Part shown: in pieces, positions 1 through 11,149 of the stretch
Numbering within the stretch: position 1 is the stretch's first letter
Layout: each line of letters opens with the position of its first letter
NCBI GenBank assembly: GCA_964016885.1
Contig: OZ024742.1
Span: 227,540,001 to 227,604,000, forward strand
Direction: 5' to 3'
DNA from: Eledone cirrhosa
Lineage: Eukaryota
DNA length: 64,000 bases
Made by a program: the position numbers and the translations under genes
The notes under the pieces: generated by a model
The model's database searches: none
The model's input: the letters and a program-made list of their open reading frames with translations, nothing else
Told to the model about the DNA's origin: nothing

Positions 1-150
1 TTTAATTAGGTAATGACTTACAAATTTGTTTCAGTATATATTTAATATAATATTAATATATTTTGTAATATTATTAACTAATTATTATAATTAGCGCTTC
101 AGGCTTTGTCTATATACTGAAACAAATTTGTAAGTCATTACCTAATTAAA
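1..150. repeat. Perfect 40-bp inverted repeat (1-40 / 111-150) with 70-bp spacer; may extend beyond window start
   Basis: tttaattaggtaatgacttacaaatttgtttcagtatata at 1-40 is the exact reverse complement of 111-150. Confidence 0.9.
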
Positions 151-266
151 CTCTTTGCTTGAAATTTTATCACTCTTCGTTTTGAATTTCTCCTAAGTAT
201 TCAATACTCTGTTGAGAAATACATTTTACATAAACAGTCTTTGTACCATTTATACGGTATTAATTA

Positions 267-267
<1 letters not shown>

Positions 268-348
<81 letters not shown>
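268..348. repeat. (TA)n microsatellite
   Basis: Uninterrupted TA run. Confidence 0.95.
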
Positions 349-349
<1 letters not shown>

Positions 350-487
350 CGTATGATTAGAACTGTGTTTATTATTAATATTTTAATGGATTTAATGAAA
401 AATTTTAGGTGTTCATATATATATTCTAAAACTGCGCGAAATCGTGAATCCGCGATAGTTGAACCGCCAAGTAGCGAGGTATCACTG
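349..487. mobile_element. One end of a pogo/Tigger-like (Tc1/mariner superfamily) MITE
   Basis: Ends in ...aaccgccaagtagcgaggtatcactg|TA, a CAGT-type terminus followed by TA; partner TIR not seen. Confidence 0.45.
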
Positions 488-515
488 TATATATGTTTAA
501 ATATATAGTGTAGCT

Positions 516-980
516 GTGATGTATCTCGCGAGTGAATCGAGACCTGTCACTGATTTTGGTGTCCCCACTGCCGATGTGAATGAGCAACGCTGCACTTGTG
601 AATTGGGTCTTGATGTTGCAGGCAGTTCATATACTTACAATGATGCGGTCCCACAAGCTTGTTCACATTCCTGTGCTAATAATCTAGATGGGCGTATTAA
701 ATTGGATGTGAAAGCAGCTTACCGGATGCGGAATCGGGAGAAGTTGAGACAAAAACAGGCCGATTATAGAGCTGTGAATTTTGCTAAATTAACACAAAAA
801 CAGGCCAAGTATAGATGTTCAAAACGGTATGAGTTGGCAAACAAGCAGGCCAAGTATAGATCTGCAAATTCAGCTATTATATCTCAAAAGCAAGCCGAGC
901 GTAGAGCTTCTAAACGTACCGAGTTGGCTAAAGAGCAGACCAAGTACAGATCTGCAAATATCTTATTGCACAAACAATAA
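516..980 (+). pseudogene. ORF remnant with basic 15-aa tandem repeats (YRxxN/KxxxLxxKQAx), probably transposon-derived
   Basis: About 5.5 repeats with a 45-bp period; higher GC than flanks; no catalytic domain visible. Confidence 0.4.
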
Positions 981-1007
981 TTCTGCACAAATGTTGCTCC
1001 ATTATTT

Positions 1008-1188
1008 TGGCAGTATTGGTAGAGGGTCGGATGCCATGCTTTCCAGCATAGTTACGTCCCTTTACGATCTGAGTTCAAATCCTGCCGAGGTTGACTTTGC
1101 CTTTCATCCTTACGGGGTAGATAAAATAAAGTACCAGTAATGCACTGGGTAATTGCTGGCCTTGTGCCTAAAGTAGAAACAATTATTA
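1008..1188 (+). mobile_element. tRNA-type SINE, near full-length
   Basis: A-box-like tggcagtattggtagag, B-box gagttcaaatcc, core gttgactttgcctttcatccttacgggg, tail gctggccttgtgcctaaagtagaaac; many copies in the window. Confidence 0.85.
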
Positions 1189-1373
1189 GATCTAATGTTG
1201 CAACGATACAGTTAAATGTTGTCTGTGTATTTTAAAAAAGATTTGCTTATAATCTTTTCAAATTTCATTACGCCAATGATTCAAGCTCAAATTGACATTA
1301 TCTAAAAAATTGTACAAACAGCGGTGGATTAGCAGTAGTGAACAGATAAATCAGTCAATTTATTAAGATTGAC

Positions 1374-2025
1374 TTGGCATCAATCAGCAAGACCTTCATT
1401 AGCTGCTCTCCAGCCATCTATTTAAAGCTGTATACATCTATGGTACGAATACACTTGGAGTTCGCGTCATCAGTCTGGAACCCCTATCTTGCTCAGAACA
1501 TTGACCTCCTGGAAACTGTTCAGAGACATGCAACCAAGCGCATACCCTCCATCAGACACCTACCATACCCTGAATATTTTGCTTCCCTCTGGCAATGGAC
1601 TTGGTAAACACCCACAAAGTTATTAACCATCCGACCAACAACAACCCCGAACACCTTTTTGATCTCCATGTGTCTAACACGTGGACATGCCTACAAAGTC
1701 AGAAAACAACACAGCTCCCATGACTTTAGGAAATATTTCTTCATGCTCAGAGTTGCTGAAGGATGGAACAAACTTCCTGCATCAGTTGTTAGCTGATGAC
1801 ACACTGCATCCTTTAAAACCATCATACATTCCGAAATACACCAAAACTACACCTGATGTCCCCCTTCCATACACATGCACATATGTGTATATCATGACTC
1901 ATGCACTGTTCTTTTTTCCTGACGTTTTTATATTACCCTATGTATTATATATGCACTTTTGATGAGTTGTAGTGCACCTCAGCATTGTACACAATATTTT
2001 CATTATTATTATCATTATTATTATT
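1374..2025 (+). mobile_element. CR1-clade LINE 3' fragment (RT C-terminus, 3' UTR, (ATT)n tail)
   Basis: LYTSMVRIHLEFASSVWNPY..DLLETVQRHATK, then TRGHAYKV..RVAEGWNKLP after a frameshift; (att)n tail at ~2003-2025. Confidence 0.8.
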
Positions 2026-2489
2026 ACACTCATTGATCCATTTTGCACTAACTCTGCATCAAGCACCCTCACCTAAATATTAACCAATCAAGGATCCAAT
2101 ACAGCTATCTGTTGGATGAGTATTGTATAGTGCCAAAAACGAAACCAATCAGTTTAGCAGAAAGTTTCCAGACAAGAAACACGCATATTTTGCTATCCTC
2201 AAACACGTTTCCACATGGCATGAAATATAACTAATCCGAGATGGCTAGGTTTCATCTTCTAACTGGATATACGAAATCCATTATGTCTTGACAACAACAT
2301 GAGGTAACATTATGTTATTCACAGACACACTTTGTACACTGTTCCATATCAGAATGTATTTCCTTCGTCACATTCACAAACAGTATTGAAAATATGTTCT
2401 TCGGCAAATAAAAATGTTTTGTTCATAATATTTCAACTAGCGATTGCTCTACTCCACGCACGACCACCATAAATTAATGACCAGCTCAA

Positions 2490-2668
2490 CACAAGTATTG
2501 GTAGAGCGTCAGACACCATGCTTTGCAGTATTGTTATGGTCCTTTGCATTCTAAGTTCAAATCCTGCCGAGGTTAACTTCGACTTTCATACTTACTAATT
2601 CGATAAAATAAAGTACCAGTAATGGACTGCCGTAATGGATTTATGCCGAAAAATAGAAACACTATTAA
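2490..2668 (+). mobile_element. Diverged SINE copy
   Basis: aagttcaaatcctgccgaggttaacttcgactttcat..ataaaataaagtaccagtaat matches the SINE at 1008. Confidence 0.75.
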
Positions 2669-3216
2669 TGTGCAATAAGAGCAAAATATAACGACATTGC
2701 TCAATTATTTTATCTAATGTTGTAATAACACAAGGAAATGTTGTTTGTGTATTTTTTTTTATATTTGCTCATAGGCTTTTACAATTTCGCTCAGCCAACA
2801 ACTATTAAAAAGTGAGTTGCTTAAGATAACAATTTAATCACAAATCGTTGCTATCTTTTAATACACTCCAACAAGTCATCAAATTATGTACAATAAAAAC
2901 AAATCTTATTAATTTGCTCAGGGAATATAAAGAAAATGTATATACACTGATAATTGCAATTGTATGTAAATATTTTGTTTTTGTATTGTTTATTTTATGT
3001 TTTCTATTATGTATAATATATTGATTTAATATTGATTGTTTTTTGTAGTTGTTTATATTAAAAGTCTGAAAATATTTTTATACATCTTACACTAATATTT
3101 ATAAGATAATTTATAATAACAATTACATAATCTAATTACATTACAACGATAATTTATTATTAATATATATCCTCTTTAACTAGAGTTATTACAAGCGTTG
3201 CCTTAAAAAAATATTA

Positions 3217-4164
3217 AACTAGACATGAAAAATGCGCAAGCTCAAAAGTGCCACAGAATGTTATAATAAACCTTCAAAAGTGTGGGACTAGAGTTGTTGC
3301 TAAAAAATATTGTAATCATTATATATCGTACATTCTGTGGCATCCTTTATAAAAATAGCTTAAACCAACGAAGCCTTTATTTTTACGCTATTTCACTTAG
3401 AGTGTAACATATAAAAATAAATACATCTATGTTTAATGTAATAACAGCTATAAATAATTACGTAATATTATTATCATATACTCATAGTAACAAAATAATT
3501 GTGTTGAAAATTAATATGATGCTTATATGAACGATCAAATCTATAATGATAATTTCTTAAATATACTAATAGTAAAATAATTTAGTTATCTATTGTTACA
3601 TTTTCATAGAACTATAATATTAACAATCGTATTGCATTATCAAATTTTTATCACTACAAACTTTCATATTGGAATTACCTTAAGCCACTTATTATTACTT
3701 CGCTTTCGTACTTTTACAGCTGTAGATATTGCGCTGTATCTTATATCTAATATCAATATCTCATGGTAATTTGCATGCAGTGTAAAATAGGTTTATTAAT
3801 AACTTTAATATGAAATGTATTATACAGGGCTGCGGAGTCGGCCAAAAATTGACTGGCTCCAACTCAGGATCCGATATTCCCTTATTTCCTAAATTTCAGC
3901 TCCGCAGCTCTGTTATTATATTAATTAATTTATTTTATAGTTGTAAATCATATTTTTATATGTTACACTCTAAGAATTAACTAAGTGAAATAGCGTAAAA
4001 ATAAAGGCTTCGTTGGTTTAAGCTATTTTTATAAAGGATGCCACAGAATGTACGATATATAATGATTACAATATTTTTTAGCAACAACTCTAGTCCCACA
4101 CTTTTGAAGGTTTATTATAACATTCTGTGGCACTTTTGAGCTTGCGCATTTTTCATGTCTAGTT
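3217..4164. repeat. ~200-bp near-perfect inverted repeat (3217-3419 / 3951-4164) around a ~530-bp spacer
   Basis: Arms are reverse complements apart from an 11-bp indel near 3975. Confidence 0.9.
3825..3912. mobile_element. 88-bp hAT-type MITE
   Basis: TIRs cagggctgcggag / ctccgcagctctg; 8-bp TSD gtattata (3817-3824) / ttattata (3913-3920). Confidence 0.75.
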
Positions 4165-4221
4165 ATATATATATATACAATGATATTAAATAAATGGAAA
4201 CTATATTTATAAAACCATATT

Positions 4222-4283
4222 TATTCTATTATATATATTTCAAGGGTACCAAAAACTTTGGTACGCTTTCATCAGATAAAATA
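4222..4283 (-). ncRNA. Minimal type I hammerhead ribozyme in Penelope-like terminus
   Basis: Minus strand: tattttat-CTGATGA-[aagcgtacca..tggtaccctt]-GAAA-tatata-TA-atagaata; intact core, 8-bp stem I, palindromic stem III. Confidence 0.8.
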
Positions 4284-5399
4284 CAAAATGTATTTTATAA
4301 ATTTTGACATAGCCAAGGAAACATACCTTATCAGTTGAATTTTCTTTGTGTAGTGAGATTAAAGAACGAATTTTTCAAACTTTTAGGATGAGTATGCAAA
4401 TGAATAAGGTTGAGTTATATGATTGAAAAACCATTATTTTAAACGCTATGGAAAGTTTAGATATATTAGTAGGAGAGAAAGAAAGAAAGAAGAAAAAGGA
4501 AAAGGAAAAAGAAGAAGAAAGAAAGGAAAAAGAAGAAGACCACTTATATACGTTAATTTTTTTTGGGGGGGGGGGGGGGATTTGAATATTTACCTATATT
4601 ATGTATATATTTATATGGAGAATTATGTTAGTACGTATTTATCTTATTATAATGTTGTATATAAATATCTATATATATTTTAATAATAGCATATGTATTA
4701 TTATTAAAGAGATAATTTGCAATTATTAGTTGTTTATAATATGAGTTACGAGGGATATTGATTTTGTGTTTTATGTAGATAAATAAATATATAGGTAGTT
4801 CAATTTTAGGTGGTTGTTTAAAATATGAGTTACGAGGGTGTTGATTTTGTATTTTATGTAAATAAATAGATAGTTAAAATTATGAATTTATATATTTGGA
4901 TAACTTGTTCGGCTTTGAGAATGTTTTAAATTAACGGAGTTAGGTATAATAAGTTTATATGATTGAGAAAGGAAAGATAACTCCAATTTTGTTTGTTAAT
5001 CAATAAATTTTTTAAGAGTTAGTGTGAGATTAATTAATTAATTAGTCGAAAGAAATGTGAATGTTTAAACATCGTCTTCAAAAGGATACATTTTTCTAAA
5101 GTCAGTTAATGGTTATTAATCTACGTTTAAAAAAATAGCTTAGAGGGTGTCATTGGAAAAATATAATGTAAGAATTAAAGAATTAAAAAATTAAAATTAA
5201 AATTATATAGATATATATAAATATATATAAATATATATAAATATATATACACATATATATATATAAATAAATATATATATATATATTAAAAGAAATTTTT
5301 GCTGAAAGGTGAAAGTACTACAAATATTAGAGATATTACCATTTAGAGATATTAATATATTAACATATTAAAAATTTAAATTTTAAAGAAGATAGGATC

Positions 5400-6058
5400 A
5401 TTTTGAAGATTTATAGTTCTGGACGTGGAATTTTGGCGATGTCTGCAAGAATTAAATAATTCTGTCCTGAGATTAATAGAGTTTTGACAGTTAATTATAT
5501 AAAAAATTTCTTCAATACACAATTTACAGAATTTTGATAAAGCCATATTTTGATACGCAGGTGCTATTGAATTCGTTTTCCAAGATATTGAATAGTCTAT
5601 ATTCTTGCTTTTTAAGTTCCATATAAGATGTGAAAGAGAAGTAGAAGATTTTTTATCAGATATTCTGAAAGAATGATTATGATTATTCCAGCGATCTTTA
5701 AATTTTGTAGAAGTGGCACTGACATAGTTAAATATATTATCGCTAGTTTTAACTGTGCATTTATAGACTACGTTTTTATCTAAACACTTATTTTGTAAAG
5801 GGCAGTTTGATTTGATTCTACAGTTACATTTTACGGAGTTGTTGTTGTTCAGAACGGTACTATTATGTTGGATATTGCTAGAATTATTATTATTGATATT
5901 ATGGTTATTTTGGTTAGGGTTTAATTTTGGTTAGTTTCTATTATTAATTCTATTTATATTTTGTGCTATGTTCATAGTAGTAGAGTAGGATAGTTTTATA
6001 GTATGTCTGTTAAAGATTGAGTGGTGTCTGTGGGCTTTAGGAAAACATTTGTCTAGTG
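5400..6058 (-). mobile_element. Degenerate Penelope-like element, RT thumb/linker and GIY-YIG endonuclease
   Basis: Minus-strand translation [79 protein letters not shown]; frameshifted. The putative 3' UTR runs to the HHR at ~4220. Confidence 0.85.
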
Positions 6059-6197
6059 CTTTATATAAATATATATATATATACATATATAAATACATTC
6101 CCCATATATATATACGCCCCCCCCCCCCACTCTCAAGAGCGTGAAACTAATAAACCTTTGTTCGTACTGCCTCTCTGTTTTGTTTCCGTTCCATTTT

Positions 6198-6202
<5 letters not shown>

Positions 6203-6260
<58 letters not shown>

Positions 6261-6560
6261 AATTAATAAAAACAATGAATAAAAACAAAGAACAAGTTTC
6301 TTATATTAAAAAATTCATCATTTTACGATCGTTTCTAGGATATATATGTGTGTTGGTATGTATATCATATCTATGTAAAAATATAACAAACTATCAGAGG
6401 AAATATACATACCTTCACATATATATGATGTCTTATATACATATATATGTATATGTACATATATATATACATATATATATACATATATATATACATATAT
6501 ATATACATATATATATACATATATATATATATATACACACACACTCATATATATACACAT

Positions 6561-6603
<43 letters not shown>

Positions 6604-6612
6604 CATACACAC

Positions 6613-6689
<77 letters not shown>
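6203..6689. repeat. Compound (TA)n/(CA)n/(TATATACA)n microsatellite region
   Basis: Direct reading. Confidence 0.9.
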
Positions 6690-6691
<2 letters not shown>

Positions 6692-6981
6692 AGGCGCATT
6701 CCAGTAGTTTTGAGACTTTTTAAGAGAGGCAGTTATAACTCTCCTTGATTATAGTAATTTTAGTAATCTTTACTATACATCTAATAAACCAACCTTCCAA
6801 CTTTTGTTATTTCAGAATGAAGGAGACAGCTGTAACAGCAATTTGAACACCTTTCTAAACACTGCTTGTCACAGCTGAGTAGTTTGCAGAATACTGTCAG
6901 AAAATCATACTTTGAAAGAGATTAGAGTTTTGTACTTGTTTGAAATTAATAAATGTCTCAAAACTTCCTGAATGTACCTTA
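6690..6981. mobile_element. ~290-bp mariner-type MITE inserted in (TA)n
   Basis: Imperfect TIRs caaggcgcattccagtagttttgagac / gtctcaaaacttcctgaatgtacctta with TA flanks. Confidence 0.7.
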
Positions 6982-7011
6982 TATATATATATATATACAT
7001 ATATATATAAT

Positions 7012-7917
7012 ATTCAAAATATTAATAAATGAGAAATACTTTCATAACCAAAGTATATATTTTATATATATTTCAAGGGAACAGTGGTTTTTGAGAATGT
7101 TTTCATCAGATAAAACATAAGAGATTGGTTATTCGACATACCCCTATGGTCTTAATCCTTATAGTAATAATTAATAGTACATAGACTATTATTAAACTTA
7201 AACTCTATATATTAGAATAATTATGTATGGAAGTAATTATAAATATAACCCTTCAGTAAGTGAAATAAAGTTTATGTTGAGTATACATAACCACATGTAG
7301 ATTTTTTAAAAAATCTACATAGTTCATGAAATTTAAATTAAAGTGGAATTTTGAATTAATTTAGAAGATAAATGAATAAAATATATTATATATTGATGTG
7401 GATATACACATATTTAATAGACATTAAAGATAAAGTGTTTAAACGTACGTTATAAAGCTATATAGAATATATAACAATATCTCACCTCATAATAAAACAT
7501 TGTCATAACCTCGAAGAAAATAATTTAAGCATATAAATATGTAAGAATTCAAATATTCGATTGCAGTAGAAATTAATCTATGCTCAATAATCTAGATATA
7601 TTATAAACCTATAAATTAATTAAAGCTTAATCCAATGTAAGCAGCATTAATTGATAACTCATAAGAATAATTTTTGAATTTCTGTCTAAGGTCTGAATAC
7701 AATGATTGTTTTTCTTTATCGTCTTCTTTACATCTTCTCTAAGTTAACATATTATTTGTGGTATATAAATGTTGAGTGTTGAGGAAGTAACTTACTGCCA
7801 CTATAGAGATTGAAGGATCAAGACCATAGAGGTTAAAAAACCACTGTACCCTTGAAATATATATAATAACATATATACTTTGGTTATGAAAGTATTTCTC
7901 ATTTATTAATATTTTGA
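7012..7917. mobile_element. Penelope-like remnant with inverted termini (~7012-7166 / ~7800-7917) and a degenerate HHR
   Basis: 7012-7092 is inverted at 7836-7917 and 7141-7160 at 7813-7832. Minus-strand CTGATGA..cccttGAAAtatata at ~7060-7115 is homologous to the 4222 HHR. Confidence 0.65.
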
Positions 7918-8005
7918 TATATTATAGATACTTCAGATAAATTCCTGTCGAGTGCTTCTAATCTGTTGTAAAAATGAATTTGTTGAATAATCAACGAACC
8001 ATATA

Positions 8006-8473
8006 AACATTGTCTACAAATGTAAGGTTGAAACACCCACGTCCCGTAGGGCCTACATAGGGTTAACCGTCAATAGATTCAAGCAGCGTCTTTACATGCA
8101 TACCCATTCTTTTCGTTACCCTCTAAGAAGGAATATGACGTCACTTTCAGCTTATATCTGGAGTCTAAAAGACAACCACATCCAATATAAGTTACACTGG
8201 GAGATCCTAGCTATGGCTAGATCGTATAACAGAAATAAAAGACCATGTGACCTCTGCGCCGCTGAGGCCCTGGAAATACTCTACGCCACAGACCACATCT
8301 TAAACAAAAAATCTGAGGCAATTTCGGCTTGTAAACATAAATTGCACAAAACTTTCCTGTATTACAGCCCCACGTTATACCCTAACGGATATTACGATCT
8401 ATACGTGGATATTTTACGTCTTGATGTGGTAGCTAAGAATATGTTTTGTTTATACCATTACTTATTTGCATAG
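8006..8473 (+). mobile_element. 5'-truncated Penelope-like element, GIY-YIG endonuclease domain in open frame
   Basis: NIVYKCKV..RAYIGLTVNRFKQRLYMHTHSF..TSLSAYIWSLK..WEIL..CDLCAAEALEIL..LNKKSEAISACKH; 3' UTR extends to ~9490. Confidence 0.9.
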
Positions 8474-8987
8474 GTAAGTATATATTACCTGTATGTTTTG
8501 TGAAGGTACGTATACCTTCTTGTACGTATATTTGATTGTATATGTTATGGCGTATAATTTTATATATTCTGCTACATATGGTTTGGTTATGTGTATACGG
8601 GAGTTTTGCGTCTGTGTGAGTATGCAGGTTCGTACGTATGTAGGGTGTGTGTATATGTGTACTTCATGTTTTGGTTGACTTACGTCTCCGAACATTTGTG
8701 TATTTACATGTAGGTATGTGCGTGCGCTTGTTATATACGTATTTATTTATTTATATACGTTTATTTAATTATTTATTTATTTGTATACACGCACACACAC
8801 ACACACATATTTATATGTGCGTGGTTTTGTATACCTATAGTAAGTGTTTTCGCATATGCTTGTGTATGTACGTATTTGTATGCGTGTATGTATTTATTTA
8901 ATTTCTATTACCTCTGTATTGTATTTATTTACTTTGTTCTTAACTCTGAAGCGGAGATTCATTCGGTCTCCTAGTTAGAATTTTAGA

Positions 8988-9253
8988 CTACGACTTCTGC
9001 TATACCCTTTACGTGGTTTAGTCTTTGTGTGCAATTGTTCTCCACGCTCCACATATGACGTATTATCTTCATTTTTTTCGTTCATTGCCAGAGAACGTCT
9101 CTATGAACCACCTAAGAGAACATTAGTCTACGACCTCTTTTATACCATAAACGTGGTTCTGTCTTTGCGCGTAATTGTTTTTCACCGCTCCTATTAATGA
9201 CGTATTATATTCGTTTTTTCCCGTTCTTTGCCAGGGAACGTTTCCACGAACCA
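8988..9253 (+). repeat. Diverged ~140-bp tandem duplication in Penelope 3' UTR
   Basis: ctacgac..acgtggtt..gtctttg..atgacgtattat..ttgccag..gaacca at 8988-9110 and again at 9129-9253. Confidence 0.75.
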
Positions 9254-9332
9254 AAGTATCGTCTTCCTGTCTTCCTCCGGCTGCAACGTTTTTTTGAAAT
9301 ATCCACTTCTGCGTTTACAGATTGACTTTGTT

Positions 9333-9383
9333 AGTTTCAGAAGATCCCGTTAAGGGTGAAAGCAGCAATTCTTTGCTTAAACT
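9333..9383 (+). ncRNA. Type I hammerhead-like motif with U4->A core change
   Basis: agttt-CAGAAGA-tccc[gttaa]gggt-GAAA-gca[..]tgc-TT-aaact, in sense downstream of the GIY-YIG ORF. Confidence 0.6.
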
Positions 9384-9597
9384 TTAATCTGTTATTTTAA
9401 TAAATATTTGCTCTATGGTTCTTAAATATTTTATATATATTTATCCTTTTCGAGCCCTCTTTGGATTTTAGTCTTCAAATTTATTATTATTACTATATAT
9501 ATATATATATATCAAGTAAAATAACGGAGCAAAAGACTCGCGTATAATCCTGTAATTAAATGAGCTCAAAGGAAAGAGTTTTCCTGGGCACTTTAAA

Positions 9598-9843
9598 ATA
9601 CAATATATAGAGGGGAAAGACACAGAAGAGTGTGTTTTTCTTTACAGGAATTTCAAACCACCAGCGTGAAGAGAATATAAGCTAATAGAGGCATAGGAAA
9701 AACATTAAAATTAAAAGTATTTTAATTTATACTTCAATTTTAATGTTTTTCCTATGCCTCTAATAGTTTATATTCTCTTCACGCTGGTGGTTTGAAATTC
9801 CTGTAAAGAAAAACATACTCTTCTGTGTCTTTCCCCTCTATAT

Positions 9844-9850
<7 letters not shown>
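9598..9850. repeat. ~253-bp near-perfect palindrome (arms ~122 bp, 8-bp spacer)
   Basis: 9598-9720 is the reverse complement of 9729-9850 with a few mismatches. Confidence 0.9.
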
Positions 9851-9883
<33 letters not shown>

Positions 9884-9893
9884 AACGAGTAGG

Positions 9894-9989
9894 ACCCCGA
9901 CGGATGAGCTCAAGCCATTTCGACGGCTAATTCTGGACTAAATGAAAATGTTTATCCTGGTATTTGAATAGCCGAGCTTCTCAAGGGGT
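9894..9989 (-). ncRNA. Type I hammerhead (U3-A8 core), sense copy at the Penelope 3' end; stem III partly decayed
   Basis: acccc-TTGAGAA-gctcggcta..tagccgtc-GAAA-tggct[tgagctc]atccg-TC-ggggt. Confidence 0.65.
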
Positions 9990-11149
9990 AATTCCATATA
10001 TGGTAAAAGTGATTGTCACGAGGATTGGTCAAACGTTTGTTGTTGAGACATAATAATTCTATGATGGCAATTTGTGGAGGGAAGGGGTAGCTGAAACTGC
10101 CAGTAGGGGGAAGATGGAGAGGGGGTGGAGGAGACCCATTCATGCGTTGATAGTGCCGACTACAGCTGGGCATGAGGTCAAAGGAGATACTAGGGAGGGG
10201 GAGGAAGTCAAACAATAAGTAGAACAATATGGGGTAAATATATAGAAAAATACCGAGAGTGTTAAAAAGCAATTAAATGTAAAGAAAAAAAAAAAATAAA
10301 AAAAAATAAAAATTTCTGGTTACTACGACCTAAGTCTCTCACTGGTACTGCTAGGCTAAAGAAAGGTATACTAGGTGGGACGGAATTATAATGAGACCCT
10401 TTTAAGAGGTATAAGTAATAAACCGAGTATATCTTACGGTGACGGGTCAACAAGTGAGGGGCCAAAATACTAAAGAAACTACCACGAAATAATAAATAAA
10501 GGTTTCTATCCCTGGCACAAGGCCAGCAACCACCCAGTGCAAAAAAGTAAACTAATACGAAATAATAATTCAGAGTGCCGAAAAAGAATACTAATACTAT
10601 CTCTAAGGGTGCCGCCACGATACAAAAGTTCTAGTGCAAGCTACATAAAAGCTCGTACGAAGTTTATGTAAAATTTGATAAGGAAAATTAATTCAGAATC
10701 CCCCCCCCCCCCCCCAATAAATACTGATATACGAGAAATTAAAGCAAAGATACCACTAAGAAATATAGAAAGCACGGAAAAGGGGCAGCGGTCGGATAAG
10801 AGGGCAAGAATCCGGGGTCTAACACACATCTGCTATAAAAAGCGGAGTCGGCCAAATCTATCATAGAATAGGGGAAGGGGGTGGGGGTACTGAGGGGGTG
10901 GGGCTACAAAGGACCGAGGGGCTGCCTCGGGTGGGCGAGAAAAAGACGACGACAAAGAAAGAGAACTGGGGTGGAAGGACTAGGGAGGGATGGGGGGAAA
11001 AAGGAAATATAGAGGAAGCGATAAAGAGATATAAAAGAAGATCTTACGTCTACCTTTGCAAGCATGGGTTACCCATTACAAAATCGGCAAGTGGGGTGTT
11101 ATAGCCCTAGTCTCCCCCCCCCCGGGGTCATTATGGGGTTTGAGGGCGA

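Noticed and set aside
1008-1100. tRNA gene
   Set aside because: Has A/B-box-like motifs but no cloverleaf; it is the SINE head
6056-6748. Long ORFs rich in IY/YI/TH
   Set aside because: Translations of (TA)n/(CA)n microsatellites
8941-8978. CTGAAGC followed by a hairpin as a hammerhead
   Set aside because: No GAAA or stem III follows; at most a degenerate half
9952-10618. ORFs in the Penelope terminal repeats (also 13157-13718)
   Set aside because: Low-complexity UTR sequence; indels between the arms are not frame-preserving
10842-10856. 15-bp match (gcggagtcggccaaa) to the hAT MITE end
   Set aside because: Too short, with no TIR partner or TSD
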